From NCBI GenBank assembly GCA_049517415.1, contig JBEKSC010000010.1:1-64000 (forward strand): DNA of 64,000 nt, in the 5' to 3' direction. Below the pieces are notes generated by a model. That model had not been told where the DNA came from. It searched no databases and saw nothing but the letters and a program-made list of their open reading frames with translations. This DNA comes from Candidatus Bathyarchaeia archaeon (GTDB taxonomy: Archaea > Thermoproteota > Bathyarchaeia > 40CM-2-53-6). Each line of letters opens with the position of its first letter. Position 1 is the first letter of the stretch. A program made the translations under genes and the position numbers. Below are positions 32,231 through 42,892 of this stretch, piece by piece.

Positions 32231-33273
32231 TAAGACGCATCCTTACGCCGTGCGATGACATTCGCGAATTTCTGGGCTACGACTCTAACCGAATACTCAC
32301 GGTTTACGGTCTGCCTTCCGCGACCGCCCATGCCATCCCGGAATCTTCCATCTTCGATTAGTCGAGAGATTTTGTCCAGCCAGTCCGCGGTCGAGGTGGC
32401 TAGGTAGCCGTTAATTCCATTACGGATTATGAAATTGTGCTCACCGACAGCGCTGGCAACCACGGGAATAGCCATTGACATATACTCTAAGGCTTTCAAT
32501 GCGCATTTGCTTCTCGACCATAGGCTGTCTGTTAACGGTGAGAGGCCTATGTCTACATCCGCTAAACTGGCGGGCATCCGTTCATATGGTATCCATTCGT
32601 CTCGTCCGAATTCCGTCTGCAATCCAGGTATTCCATTGAATATGCTCTGAACCTTGCGATTTCCCATTGACCCGATCAGTTTCAGTCTAATGTCATAACG
32701 CTCTGCGAGCTGTGTCAAGACTGGCACTAGGATCCGTAAGCTATGCAGTTGGGTGTACGCGGTTCCGTGCCAGCCTAGAACAAACTCGCCTCGTCTTCGG
32801 CTCCGGACTTTCGGGCTAAAGATCTCTGTCGGGACTGGTGTCGGAATCAAGGCAACCTTCCTGTTCCATTTCCTGGCGTATGCGGCAAGTTGGTGGCTTC
32901 CTACGGTAACTATGTCGCTTTTCGCGGAGAAAAATTCTGTAAGAACCGGATCTTGAAGGAAGATTGCGTCGTCAATGTCGAATATGGTCGTCTTGTTCGT
33001 AGCCCGGCTTGCCAAATGAAGGAACGGTTCGATCGGAGCCTCGGGAACGTTCGTTAGGGGGAATTGAAGTCTGTGGAAGACAACTACGTCACTTTTTCTA
33101 ATCTCTTGCAAGAGTCTTGAGAAATCGCGGGTCCTCCGGAAGAGCACGGTGCACGAGAATCCTAGTCTGTCAAGTTCACTGGCGAGCTGAGAACATCTGA
33201 CAATAGTTGAGGGAGTTGGCTTTCCTCTCAATCCCCAGAGTCTTGTAATCTGGCCAAAGAACAGAATCTTCAT
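32230..33273 (-). CDS. Glycosyltransferase family 4
   Basis: FDIDDA, GWHG, KCALKALEYM...PVVAS.VG. Confidence 0.85.
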   Translation of the reverse strand: MKILFFGQITRLWGLRGKPTPSTIVRCSQLASELDRLGFSCTVLFRRTRDFSRLLQEIRKSDVVVFHRLQFPLTNVPEAPIEPFLHLASRATNKTTIFDIDDAIFLQDPVLTEFFSAKSDIVTVGSHQLAAYARKWNRKVALIPTPVPTEIFSPKVRSRRRGEFVLGWHGTAYTQLHSLRILVPVLTQLAERYDIRLKLIGSMGNRKVQSIFNGIPGLQTEFGRDEWIPYERMPASLADVDIGLSPLTDSLWSRSKCALKALEYMSMAIPVVASAVGEHNFIIRNGINGYLATSTADWLDKISRLIEDGRFRDGMGGRGRQTVNREYSVRVVAQKFANVIARRKDAS

Positions 33274-33444
33274 AGATCCGTTAGAACCAGCTTAGCTTTG
33301 CTCCAGGAACCGCATTTCACAGCCCGCTCTTGCGGGACAAGGATTTCGGTGCGCGGTATAATAGCGTGCAGGCGACCGCGCCAAAGTTTCTTGGCGTCAT
33401 GTTCAATCCTTCACGCCGGTTAGGAAACAGAGGCCTATTCGTTT

Positions 33445-34329
33445 TCACTTTAGCGTGACTTCGCTTGCAAATTCCTTGAGTGCTTCATCTATGGCACCCG
33501 GTTTCTTATCAAGTAGCTGTGCGGCCTTCCCGACATCGAGTGATGAATCTTTAGGTCTTCTTGCCTTCCAACCGGTCGCGGAGTGAGTTATCGGTGTCAG
33601 CAAACCATCGTTGAAATCGCAGATCCTTGAGAGTTTCAAAGCGAATTCGTATCTGCTTATTGGTGCGGCGCCCGCCATATGGATGATGCCAGTCAACCTG
33701 CGCTCCGCTGCTTCCAGAAGCATTTTGGCGAGATTAGTGTTGAGAGTTGGGGATGCGATTTGGTCGGTAACCACACCCACCGGTTGGCCCGCTCGCAACT
33801 TGGCGACCAGCCAAGTGGCGAAATTTGGCCGGTAAGCTCGATCCCATCCATACAGTACGCTCGTTCTGGCCAGTAGGTAGTGGATTGCGTTATGGGCCAG
33901 TTCCGTCTCGCCAAAAAGCTTCGAGCGTCCGTACACATTGATTGGGCCAATTTTGTCGTCCTCTCGGTAATGGCCGCGCTCACCATCGAACACATAGTCG
34001 GTTGATAAGTGAATTAGAAAAGACCCGGTCTTGTTGCATGCCCGCGCAATAATTCCCACTGCCTGGCCGTTCACCCGCATTGCAAGCTCCGGTTGTTCCT
34101 CGCATAAGTCAACGTCTGTTAGGGAGGCTGTGTTGAAGACGACATCTGGTTTGATCGATAAGATGGCCTCCTGCACTTTCGCCTCATTCGTTGCGTCAAG
34201 GCAGATAGGAACTCCATAACTCGGTCTATGTTGACTATATGCAGAGGTGACAGCGTGGCCCGATTGAAGTGCGTACTCTGTCAGTTTTGTTCCGAGAAGT
34301 CCGCTGGCGCCGGTGACGAGGACCTTCAC
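33445..34329 (-). CDS. rfbD: dTDP-4-dehydrorhamnose reductase
   Basis: TGASGLLG, STDYVFDG, YGRSK, DQIASPT, RP. Confidence 0.93.
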   Translation of the reverse strand: MKVLVTGASGLLGTKLTEYALQSGHAVTSAYSQHRPSYGVPICLDATNEAKVQEAILSIKPDVVFNTASLTDVDLCEEQPELAMRVNGQAVGIIARACNKTGSFLIHLSTDYVFDGERGHYREDDKIGPINVYGRSKLFGETELAHNAIHYLLARTSVLYGWDRAYRPNFATWLVAKLRAGQPVGVVTDQIASPTLNTNLAKMLLEAAERRLTGIIHMAGAAPISRYEFALKLSRICDFNDGLLTPITHSATGWKARRPKDSSLDVGKAAQLLDKKPGAIDEALKEFASEVTLK

Positions 34330-34330
34330 G

Positions 34331-35335
34331 TCACCATCTCACTTTCCATGGAGCTGAGGACAGGATCTTTGGGTCGGCCACCAAGGGTCTCCACCACCAT
34401 TCATTCTGTACATACCAATCGACTGTTTCCCTGAGCGCCTGAGGGAACGTATGTTTCGGCTTCCAACCGAGTTGAGACCGTAGGAGGTTCGAGTCGAGGG
34501 CGTAGCGGAAGTCATGTCCCGGGCGGTCTTCGACATGTTCGATTAGTGACTGCTCCTTATCTAAGAGCTTCAATATCGACGAGGCGACTTGAATGTTTTC
34601 GATTTGGTTTCCGCCTGATATATTGTAGATCGCTCCAGGTTCACCTTCACGGAGAACTTGGTATACGGCCTCACAGTGGTCGCTGACGTGTACCCAGTCC
34701 CGAATTTGATGTCCTGAGCCGTAGAGAGGAACTCGAAGGCCAAGGAGGGCGGTGATGATGGTTTTTGATATGAATTTCTCCGGATACTGGTATGGGCCGA
34801 AATTGTTTGTGCATCGCGTGATGTATGTTCTTAGGCCGTATGTCTTGCGGTAGACTTGGACTAGCGTGTCTGCGGCCGCCTTTGAACCAGCATAAGGAGA
34901 TGACGGATCGAGTTTATCCGTCTCCTTGAAGGTGATGTTGGCATTGGCTGAACCATACACCTCATCGGTTGAAATCTGTAGAAAAGCTATGTCGCTGCCT
35001 CTACACGCTTCGAGTAATGCGAGTACTCCGAATGCATTGTTTTCGAAGAAAATGTTTGGAGTTGAGATGCTTCGGTCTACATGTGTTTCGGCGGCGAAGT
35101 TAACGATAGCGTCCACGTCCTTACATAGGCGTCCTACGAGCTGAGTGTCCGTTATGCTACCCTTGATGAATTTGTAGCCCGTACGATTCTCAAGATCGTT
35201 CAAGTTCAAAGGGTTAGAGCCGTAACCTAGTTTGTCAAGGTTCACCGCAGTAACAGCGTCGTCTAATGAGAGGACGTAGCGTAGGAAGTTTGAGCCGATA
35301 AAACCCATTCCTCCTGTCACGAGCAGTCTTAGCAA
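34331..35335 (-). CDS. rfbB: dTDP-glucose 4,6-dehydratase
   Basis: TGG.GFIGSNF, AAETHVDRSI, STDEVYG, YAGSK, DRPGHD.RY. Confidence 0.95.
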   Translation of the reverse strand: MLRLLVTGGMGFIGSNFLRYVLSLDDAVTAVNLDKLGYGSNPLNLNDLENRTGYKFIKGSITDTQLVGRLCKDVDAIVNFAAETHVDRSISTPNIFFENNAFGVLALLEACRGSDIAFLQISTDEVYGSANANITFKETDKLDPSSPYAGSKAAADTLVQVYRKTYGLRTYITRCTNNFGPYQYPEKFISKTIITALLGLRVPLYGSGHQIRDWVHVSDHCEAVYQVLREGEPGAIYNISGGNQIENIQVASSILKLLDKEQSLIEHVEDRPGHDFRYALDSNLLRSQLGWKPKHTFPQALRETVDWYVQNEWWWRPLVADPKILSSAPWKVRW

Positions 35336-35416
35336 TGTGGCTAGTTTTCTCCCTCTAGGTTCGCCTATCCTCTCGTCCGATCGGCCTATCCCTGGCTTTT
35401 TCGTTTGGCTTGTGCG

Positions 35417-35989
35417 TTAAGCCTTCCGTTTCAACTGGAAGTTGTTGTCAGCGTCTTTGAGGAGTGGGGCTTCCGAGTCTTTCTTGGATAGGATTGGGTT
35501 GGATATGGGCCATTGGATTCCGATGGCAGGGTCATTCCATCGGATGTTTCGGTCATGCGCCGCGCTGAACTCACACGTAACTTTGTACGCAATGTCAGTC
35601 TCCTCCGTCATGCTCAGAATCCCGTGCGCAAAACCTTCGGGAATCCATACCATCGCGGGTTGCTTCGCAGAAAGGTATGTTGAAATCCAGCGCCCGTATG
35701 TTGGCGACCCTTTTCGAATGTCAACGGCCACGTCAAATACTTCTCCCAGAATGCATCGGACCAACTTGCCTTGGGCGGCGGGGGCCTTTTGGTAGTGTAG
35801 CCCCCTAAGCACGCCCTTCGCAACCGACTTCGAGTGGTTGTCTTGGACAAACTCGTAGCCTATTCCATGTTCGGCGAACTTGCTCTTCTTGTAGGTTTCC
35901 GCGAACCAACCACGCTCGTCGTCGTATGTGTCTGGTTGAATCTTGAGGATCTCAGTAAGGATTTTGGAGGGTTTGAAATCAAATCCCAT
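35417..35989 (-). CDS. rfbC: dTDP-4-dehydrorhamnose 3,5-epimerase
   Basis: DERGWF.E, QDNHS, RGLHYQ, DVAVDIR, GFAHG; ATG 35989 overlaps the rfbA stop. Confidence 0.95.
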   Translation of the reverse strand: MGFDFKPSKILTEILKIQPDTYDDERGWFAETYKKSKFAEHGIGYEFVQDNHSKSVAKGVLRGLHYQKAPAAQGKLVRCILGEVFDVAVDIRKGSPTYGRWISTYLSAKQPAMVWIPEGFAHGILSMTEETDIAYKVTCEFSAAHDRNIRWNDPAIGIQWPISNPILSKKDSEAPLLKDADNNFQLKRKA

Positions 35990-36896
35990 GATCTTCGGCC
36001 CCGTGCTGGTCGCTGAATTCGTGTGGGTCGGAGGCGATGGCTCGGAGATAGTCGCCGTATTCGCCACTGTATTTTTCTGCGAGCTGTACTAGTTTTCTTG
36101 CGTCAATGAAGTGCATTCGGTAAGCCACTTCCTCCAGGCAGGCAACCTTTAGGCCTTGCCTGTGTTCGATTGCTGCGAAGTATTGCGCAGACTCAAGTAG
36201 AGCGTCCGCCGTACCTGTATCGAGCCAAGCGACGCCCCGTCCCAACCGGATCAGCCTTAACTTGCCTCGGCGGAGAAACTCTTTGTTTACGTCTGTGATT
36301 TCGAGCTCGCCGCGGGCTGACGGTTTTAGGTTGGCCGCGATTTCCAGAACATTGTTATCGTAGAGGTAGAGGCCGGTGATCGCGTAGTTAGATTTAGGCT
36401 CTTTCGGTTTCTCCTGTATGTCAATCAGTCGGCCTTCGCTGTCGAATTCCGCCACACCATACCTCTCGGCATCCTTGACCGCATAACCGAAAACGGTTGC
36501 GCCCACATTTTCCGCAACGGCTCTTTGGAACAACCCGGACAAACCTTGACCGTAGAAGATGTTATCGCCCAAGATGAGCGCTACTGAATCTGATTTCACA
36601 AAATCCCGTCCGATAAGGAAGGCTTCAGCTATTCCAGCAGGGCGAGCTTGCGCCGCGTAAGCGAGCAAGATGCCCAGCTCAGCACCGTCTCCTAGTAACC
36701 GTTCGTACAGAGGTAGGTCCTGCGGGGAGCTGATGACTAGGATGTCGCGAATCCCCGCAAGCATCAAAGTGCTTAGGGGATAAAAGATCATGGGCTTATC
36801 GTAGATTGGAAGGAGGTGTTTGCTGATTGTACGCGTCATTGGGTATAGTCGCGTTCCGAAGCCGCCGGCAAGAACAATGCCTTTCAAGTCTTTCAC
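35979..36896 (-). CDS. rfbA: Glucose-1-phosphate thymidylyltransferase
   Basis: [45 protein letters not shown]. Confidence 0.96.
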   Translation of the reverse strand: MKDLKGIVLAGGFGTRLYPMTRTISKHLLPIYDKPMIFYPLSTLMLAGIRDILVISSPQDLPLYERLLGDGAELGILLAYAAQARPAGIAEAFLIGRDFVKSDSVALILGDNIFYGQGLSGLFQRAVAENVGATVFGYAVKDAERYGVAEFDSEGRLIDIQEKPKEPKSNYAITGLYLYDNNVLEIAANLKPSARGELEITDVNKEFLRRGKLRLIRLGRGVAWLDTGTADALLESAQYFAAIEHRQGLKVACLEEVAYRMHFIDARKLVQLAEKYSGEYGDYLRAIASDPHEFSDQHGAEDHGI

Positions 36897-37213
36897 GTAG
36901 CAACGTCAAACAAAACAATTCGAACAGTTAAATAAAACGCTAGTCCCGAACGTAGAAAACGGAAAGCCCAAACGAACTCGCCGTCATTTGTTCCATGAAG
37001 AATTCGGCTCATAAACTTTCTTTATGTATGGGGTCTTGGGAAACTCTCGGGTCTTTTCTTCAGATATGCGACATCTGGTCTCCGCCGATAGTCAAATCTC
37101 GGTACGACATCGATTCGGTGTTACTCCTAATAACGAGCTCAAAGTTAACTGTCAAGGAATCGCGGCAATAGTATTTGTAAGCTCCCCAGGAATTGCGAAA
37201 GAGATTATCGATT

Positions 37214-38512
37214 ATGACATTTCCTGCGAGAAGAAATGAGGGATACCCTTTCCAACCGCAGAGATGGCGACAGGTTAAGGCTCGTATCGATTCGCAGCTG
37301 AGGAAGACCCCGCGCCTCCACAAATGGGTAAGATGGAGTTGGACAACGGGCAAGTGGCTTATGCTTTCATGCAAGTGCCGAATTGCGACTCTGTTCGCCA
37401 GTGACATAGCAAAGGCGATTGGCATTAACAAGACTCTGTGGGTATCCCCGAAAAAGATAGTGTATTGTTCCTCTCGCGACTTCGGCATCTACGATTTCAA
37501 AGGCGCAGTCATCGGAGGAAATTGGGATCGTCGTGGGAGAAAGTTTGATGACTTGGATGTTTATGTTGCATTCAAAGAGGTATTTATGGAAGGAAAGAGT
37601 TGGCCAGAGACCGTGTTCTATCAGCGTATTCAAGATTCTTTGAAAACCCGCGAATTCTTGTATGATTGTGCTGATCGGAACGCGATTGAACGCACATGCG
37701 AAGAACTTGAGGCTCTATTTTGGGCGATAAAGAGTGAAGGGTACAAATCACAGCGCGAACTGCGAAGGTTGGCCACTGATGACGAAGTAACGATCAGCAT
37801 AGGGCGTAACGGCGAGTTGCTTTTCAGCAGCGGCGCTCATAGGCTAGCTATCGCTAAACTTCTAGGAATAGAACGGATACCAGTTACGGTAGCTGTCAGA
37901 CATCCCGGGTGGATAACTTTCGTAGAGGACCTCTTGAACTATTCGGGAAGGCTTGATTGTGTAACGCATCCCGACCTAAGAGACATCCCGGCTTTGCACA
38001 GATGCGAGGACAGGTTCATGATGATCAAGCATAACATGTCAGCTAAAGGGGGGCGTCTTCTTGACCTTGCGGCGAGCTTGGGCTACTTTTGCCACAGGTT
38101 CGAGGATGAAGGCTTCGAATGCTACGCCGTAGAAGACTCAAAGGAAAGACTCTACTTCTTGCAGAGACTCCGAAAAGCGGAGAACAAGAAATTCAAGATT
38201 ATGGCCGGGTCAATAGGCGAATGGCCGCAAGTCGATAAAATGCGTTTCGATGTTGTTTTGGCCTTGAATGTGTTTCACCACGCTCTAAAGACGAAATATT
38301 CCTGTTCCCAACTCGCCACTCAGTTGAATCGTCTTAACGTACGCGAGCTATTCTTCGAGACCCCCAATGACGCTGATTCTCAAATGAAGGATGCATATAG
38401 AAAATACACTCCGTCTGAATTTGTTCAATTCATAATGCGGAACTCCAAATTCAAGAAGGCAGCACTCATCGGCAAGACAGAGGATGACACGACGATGTAT
38501 AGACTATCATAA
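37214..38512 (+). CDS. Hypothetical fusion of ParB/Srx-like N-terminal domain and SAM-methyltransferase-like C-terminal domain
   Basis: IKSEGY...IGRNGE....GAHRLAIAK; LLDLAASLGYF, FDVVLALNVFHH. Confidence 0.65.
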   Translation: MTFPARRNEGYPFQPQRWRQVKARIDSQLRKTPRLHKWVRWSWTTGKWLMLSCKCRIATLFASDIAKAIGINKTLWVSPKKIVYCSSRDFGIYDFKGAVIGGNWDRRGRKFDDLDVYVAFKEVFMEGKSWPETVFYQRIQDSLKTREFLYDCADRNAIERTCEELEALFWAIKSEGYKSQRELRRLATDDEVTISIGRNGELLFSSGAHRLAIAKLLGIERIPVTVAVRHPGWITFVEDLLNYSGRLDCVTHPDLRDIPALHRCEDRFMMIKHNMSAKGGRLLDLAASLGYFCHRFEDEGFECYAVEDSKERLYFLQRLRKAENKKFKIMAGSIGEWPQVDKMRFDVVLALNVFHHALKTKYSCSQLATQLNRLNVRELFFETPNDADSQMKDAYRKYTPSEFVQFIMRNSKFKKAALIGKTEDDTTMYRLS

Positions 38513-38653
38513 GAGTGTACAAAATGAAATGTCGCACATTTTCAGGTTGCTTCGAGTCACCTAGACAAGCTGGGTCAAGCTTCGGGTTTAAGTCAGAAGA
38601 AGTAATCAAAAGACTATCGCCGCGCTTCAGATAAATTCGAAAGTGGTCACTAA

Positions 38654-40162
38654 TTGACTCACTCACAACCTTCTAGTGAACTGCCCGGTGTAAGAATCGC
38701 TCGCGGCGCCTCTTATCTAATCCTGAGTGATGTGGCGAATACGTTTGTGGGCGTCCTTACATTCGTAATTGTTGTAAGGCTCCTTACCACGTTCGAAATT
38801 GGGTTGATGGCTACCCTTCTTTTAGTTCTCCAACTCTCTCAAACCGCTGTCGCGCTAGGTTTGCCATCAACACTAACGAAATTTGTTGCTCAAACCAAAC
38901 GCCACGTCGCAAACCGTTTGATCCGCAATTGCCTGGGAGTGATCTTAACTTGTTCGATTGTGGTTGGCGCCGTCGTGGTTGTGTACAGTTCGAACCTGTC
39001 CCTTTACTTGTCGAAGACCTTGAGCTATTCACCGACATTTGTCGTGTTAGGATTTGCAATCATCTCAGGGGGACTGTACCAACCACTCGCGGGAATCTTG
39101 ATGGGACAACAAAAGATCAAAGAGTTCGCTAAACTGGACACATTGCGCTTTCTAATTCAGCAGGGACTCGCCGCAACTCTTGTGATATTGGGTTGGAGGC
39201 TTCTCGGCGTGATCATCGCTTGGGCTGTCGGATACAGTTTCTTTGCTGTCAGTGGGTATTTAGTTACTGACCCTCGAAAGGTCGGCAAAGCCGTGATCGG
39301 TTTGAAGAAGCTACTATGGTTTTCTGCACCGTTGTACGCTCGTGACTCTTTGACATTTGCCTATAATTGGGTGGACCGCGCTATTCTTCTACTGTACGTT
39401 CCGCTCACTGGGCTTGGAATCTATAATGTGGCCTTCACAGGCTTCGGTATTCTGGCAGCAACACCCGGTAATATGGCAATGTCGCTCTTCCCTCATTACT
39501 CAAAGTTGTCAAGTGGGACCAGAGAGCGACTACAGCTATCAGTGCAATCAGCTTCGCGTTACATCGCGCTTGTCGTTAGCCCGCTTACCCTCGGTATGGC
39601 TGCGCTTGCACCAGCGGTTATGCGAATCTTTGGACCTGCCTACCAAAGTGGAGCCGTCGCTCTAATAATTCTCAGCGTATCGCTGTTTGCTTCGCTGCCC
39701 TCTTACTCACTTGGCTCAATCCTTGTCGCTCTTAACGTTCCTTTCAAACAGTCCGCCAGTACCATTACAAGTGTACTCATTAGCCTTCTAGTAGGCATCA
39801 TCCTAGTGCCTCGGTTTGGGATAAACGGAAGTGCAATCGCGCGGGGGTTAGGAATGATCGCAAGTCTGATAATCATAATATGGCTGGTGAAGAATGAGAT
39901 CGCTCTGAAGTTCGATAGCCTTGCGATTATCAAAAGCGCCGTCGCCAGCACCGTTATGGCATTAGTATTGATTTGTCTCGAGTTCTCGCTCAGGTCGATT
40001 TTATTTTTGCCCATATTCGTTTTAGCAGGATCACTCGTTTATGTCACCATGTTGAGGCTTGAGAAGGCTATTGACCGAGCAGATCTCGAACTCTTCAAAG
40101 CTTTTGTCGGTGAAAGGTTAGCGCCGATAGTAGAACGATTCGGAGCTTGGCTAGTGACGTAG
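38654..40162 (+). CDS. Wzx/AglR-like oligosaccharide flippase (MOP family)
   Basis: Many TM segments, D..LL....LGIY.VA, LFP..S, PRFGINGSAIA. Confidence 0.88.
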   Translation: MTHSQPSSELPGVRIARGASYLILSDVANTFVGVLTFVIVVRLLTTFEIGLMATLLLVLQLSQTAVALGLPSTLTKFVAQTKRHVANRLIRNCLGVILTCSIVVGAVVVVYSSNLSLYLSKTLSYSPTFVVLGFAIISGGLYQPLAGILMGQQKIKEFAKLDTLRFLIQQGLAATLVILGWRLLGVIIAWAVGYSFFAVSGYLVTDPRKVGKAVIGLKKLLWFSAPLYARDSLTFAYNWVDRAILLLYVPLTGLGIYNVAFTGFGILAATPGNMAMSLFPHYSKLSSGTRERLQLSVQSASRYIALVVSPLTLGMAALAPAVMRIFGPAYQSGAVALIILSVSLFASLPSYSLGSILVALNVPFKQSASTITSVLISLLVGIILVPRFGINGSAIARGLGMIASLIIIIWLVKNEIALKFDSLAIIKSAVASTVMALVLICLEFSLRSILFLPIFVLAGSLVYVTMLRLEKAIDRADLELFKAFVGERLAPIVERFGAWLVT

Positions 40163-40374
40163 GCGCGGAAGTATTGCAGATACGCGGTCACATCGGCCGC
40201 TGAACTTCACTCAAGAGAGCTTTTCTAGTTCTTGACGAGCGAACGGATTTCCTCTAGACCCCTGAAGGTGCCAATGTGAAATGGTTCTGAGCACACATCA
40301 GAGGCCATCGAACGAGAGAGCGAGGTAAGAACTAATCAGGTAGCATAGGTTACGCAAGTTGATGTGAACAACGA

Positions 40375-40875
40375 TTGAAGCCAATTCGAGGCCGAAAGCA
40401 AATAAGACGACGGGAAAGGGGATGGGTACCCGATAGGCTTTGGAGTCAAGTTAAGGCGAGTGTGCCGATTGCATGTGTTGACGTGATTATTCCTGACCCT
40501 CGCGGCACCGTTTTGCTGGGGTGGAGGACGATCCACCCATACGTTAACGTCTGGGCGCTCCCCGGTGGTAGAGTTCGCGTGGGCGAGGACGTAGCCACGG
40601 CAGCGCGGCGGATTCTCTCCGCCCACAACATCCTTGCCAATGATTTCTATTTGGTCGGAGTCTTTCCGATCAGATTCCCGTCGCGTTTTGACGTCAGCAT
40701 TTGTGTTGCAGCAAGGAGCTATTCTGGGACGGCGGTTCCCGATGGAACTGAATTCACGAACGTTCGTTGGTTCAATACCCTTCCTAAAGGGATTGGCAAG
40801 AATTACAGGAAGATGATAGAAAAGTGGCGACGGATGAAGCGCTTGCCGCAGACAATCAAATTCAATCAGATATGA
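40375..40875 (+). CDS. Nudix hydrolase (GDP-mannose mannosyl hydrolase-like)
   Basis: PIACVDV, W.LPGGRV..GE....AARR; degenerate Nudix box as in Gmm/WcaH. Confidence 0.75.
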   Translation: MKPIRGRKQIRRRERGWVPDRLWSQVKASVPIACVDVIIPDPRGTVLLGWRTIHPYVNVWALPGGRVRVGEDVATAARRILSAHNILANDFYLVGVFPIRFPSRFDVSICVAARSYSGTAVPDGTEFTNVRWFNTLPKGIGKNYRKMIEKWRRMKRLPQTIKFNQI

Positions 40876-40895
40876 CTATTGGCGTTTGCTCTAGT

Positions 40896-40915
40896 TGTAT
40901 AGCATATGTTATACA
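40896..40915. repeat. 20-bp near-perfect palindrome
   Basis: TGTATAGCATATGTTATACA, one mismatched pair. Confidence 0.6.
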
Positions 40916-41135
40916 GGTGGATTGGAGTCTCTGATTTCTTACGTTCTTAGTTCTTAGCGTTAGGAAGCATTCTGGTCCCCACAAGAGCCACCCTCATGCG
41001 AACCCCGTTAACAATAACCCGGTCCAATCCGTAGCATGTGTAATCAGAACCTAGAAGTGCAGAGGTTGGATTTCATCTGGAGATATCTTATAGGATACCT
41101 GAGGATTGTCTTGAGTCAGTTGCAATCCTATTGAT

Positions 41136-42761
41136 GTGGTTCGAGGAATCTTTTGGTTGAGCACTCAAGCTTCTGTAGCGAGAGGCGCAACTTCTCTTTA
41201 CGCTGCAAACATCATCGCGCTCGTCTCCGCCACTCTCTATTTCCTTATTCTAACAAATTCCCTTCACTCCACGCTGGCTGTTGGAATCGTGACGGCTCTC
41301 AATATTGTGATCTGGCTAATGGTCACTGTTGCCATTCTTGCGCAACCACTCGCCCAGCAGTCTGCCGTCCCGGCACCTTTGGCTGTGCTGAAATTCCTTC
41401 CCGAGCTCCTAACAAAAGGAGCTCGATCTGGAGCCACGAAACTCTTTCTCGTCACCCTAGGATTTTCTATCGCTATAGGAGGGTCTATTGCGGTAGTGCT
41501 GATTGCAGCTCCTGGCCTCATCATTCCTTGGGTCGGCGGATCAGCGGTCTTGCCTAGCTACGTGCGTCTTTCAGGAGTCGACGTACTTGTCCTGTCAATC
41601 GGACAGGTTTGCATCGGAACACTCATCGCTCTAGGAGATCTGAAGAGCTCTACTCTATACCTCATTCTTTGGAGCGTGGTTCGGTACACGCTCGCCTCTA
41701 TCCTCTTGCTTACTTTCGCAATAACAGGTGTGCTGGTAGGCTGGATTCTAGGCGATCTTGTGCTGCTAATTCTTGCTCTACAACAATCGATGCGGGCATT
41801 GCGGGTTGGGGGCGCTAGGGAAGAGTTCTCCTTATCCGAACTCGTTCGTTACTCGCTCTATACTCTTCTTAGTGCACTTATCGGTTTCTCGGTTAATCAG
41901 GCGGATAAGGTTTTCACATTAGCTCGGCAGGGATTGCCAGAACTTGCGGTTTACAATGTGGCTATTGTCGCGGCAAGTTTCGCAGGTTTGGCTCCTTACG
42001 TCTTGCTCACTGTTCTCTTACCTGCGCTGTCTTCGTTGCATGCGGCGAAGAGAACGCGGGAAATGCGTCAGATGGTTCTAGCGAATACCCGTTACGTGTC
42101 AATAGTGGTTCTCCCAGTCGCGTTTGGTTTCGCATCGATTATGGAGGTTGTACTGCGAATCTTCGGCTCCGAATACATGGCCGGCTTGATGCCTTCCATT
42201 ATAGTTTCTGTTGCGACGGGGTTAACGGCTGTGGGGGCGGTGTACGCGGGTGCACTGTTGGCGCTTGGGGAGTTGAAGTGGTTTACGGGCGCGAACGCAA
42301 TCGGCCTAGTCGGGCTCGTCGTCGTATCATACTTCTTGACGCCTATCCTCGGGTTGAATGGCCCCGCCTTAGGTCGGGCCACGTTGATGGCGCTCGTGAC
42401 GTTAGTTTACGGTATTGCGTTATGGCGGAGTGGTTTCTTTGAGTTTGATCTGCGGGCGTTCCTGTATGCGGCGGTTGGTTCGGGTGTCATGGGCATCCTT
42501 GTCTTCTTCGCCTTATCGTTCGCTCATTCGTTCCTAGCGAAACTGGTGATGCTTCCATTTGTTGTCGTCTTTGGAGCCCTGGTCTACGTGGGTTTCTTGC
42601 GGTTCCTTCGGCTTCTTACCGTGGACGACTTGAAGTTCCTACGTGATCTCTTGCCCACGAGGTTCCATGGTGTTCTTCCGCTAGCGGCCAGGTTGGCTGG
42701 TCTAAGCGGGAAGCGAAATAGTCCGCGTCAAAGCCTTGTTTTAAACCGCCATTCGGGATGA
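41136..42761 (+). CDS. Second Wzx-like oligosaccharide flippase
   Basis: Many TM segments, DK......LAVYNVA, LLPALS, PILGLNGPA; start may be TTG 41157. Confidence 0.85.
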   Translation: MVRGIFWLSTQASVARGATSLYAANIIALVSATLYFLILTNSLHSTLAVGIVTALNIVIWLMVTVAILAQPLAQQSAVPAPLAVLKFLPELLTKGARSGATKLFLVTLGFSIAIGGSIAVVLIAAPGLIIPWVGGSAVLPSYVRLSGVDVLVLSIGQVCIGTLIALGDLKSSTLYLILWSVVRYTLASILLLTFAITGVLVGWILGDLVLLILALQQSMRALRVGGAREEFSLSELVRYSLYTLLSALIGFSVNQADKVFTLARQGLPELAVYNVAIVAASFAGLAPYVLLTVLLPALSSLHAAKRTREMRQMVLANTRYVSIVVLPVAFGFASIMEVVLRIFGSEYMAGLMPSIIVSVATGLTAVGAVYAGALLALGELKWFTGANAIGLVGLVVVSYFLTPILGLNGPALGRATLMALVTLVYGIALWRSGFFEFDLRAFLYAAVGSGVMGILVFFALSFAHSFLAKLVMLPFVVVFGALVYVGFLRFLRLLTVDDLKFLRDLLPTRFHGVLPLAARLAGLSGKRNSPRQSLVLNRHSG

Positions 42762-42892
42762 GTAATATGTTTTCCACACAAAGCTGCGCCACACATCGAA
42801 ACGCCTACCATGACGCGGACTAAGTTTTCGGTGTTGTGAAAAATTCGTTACTATGGGCAAAGCCTACGATGGTCAATGTCGTGACGGGTTCC

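Noticed and set aside
35990..36067. N-terminal extension of RfbC
   Set aside because: Lies inside rfbA; ATG 35989 gives a normal short overlap.
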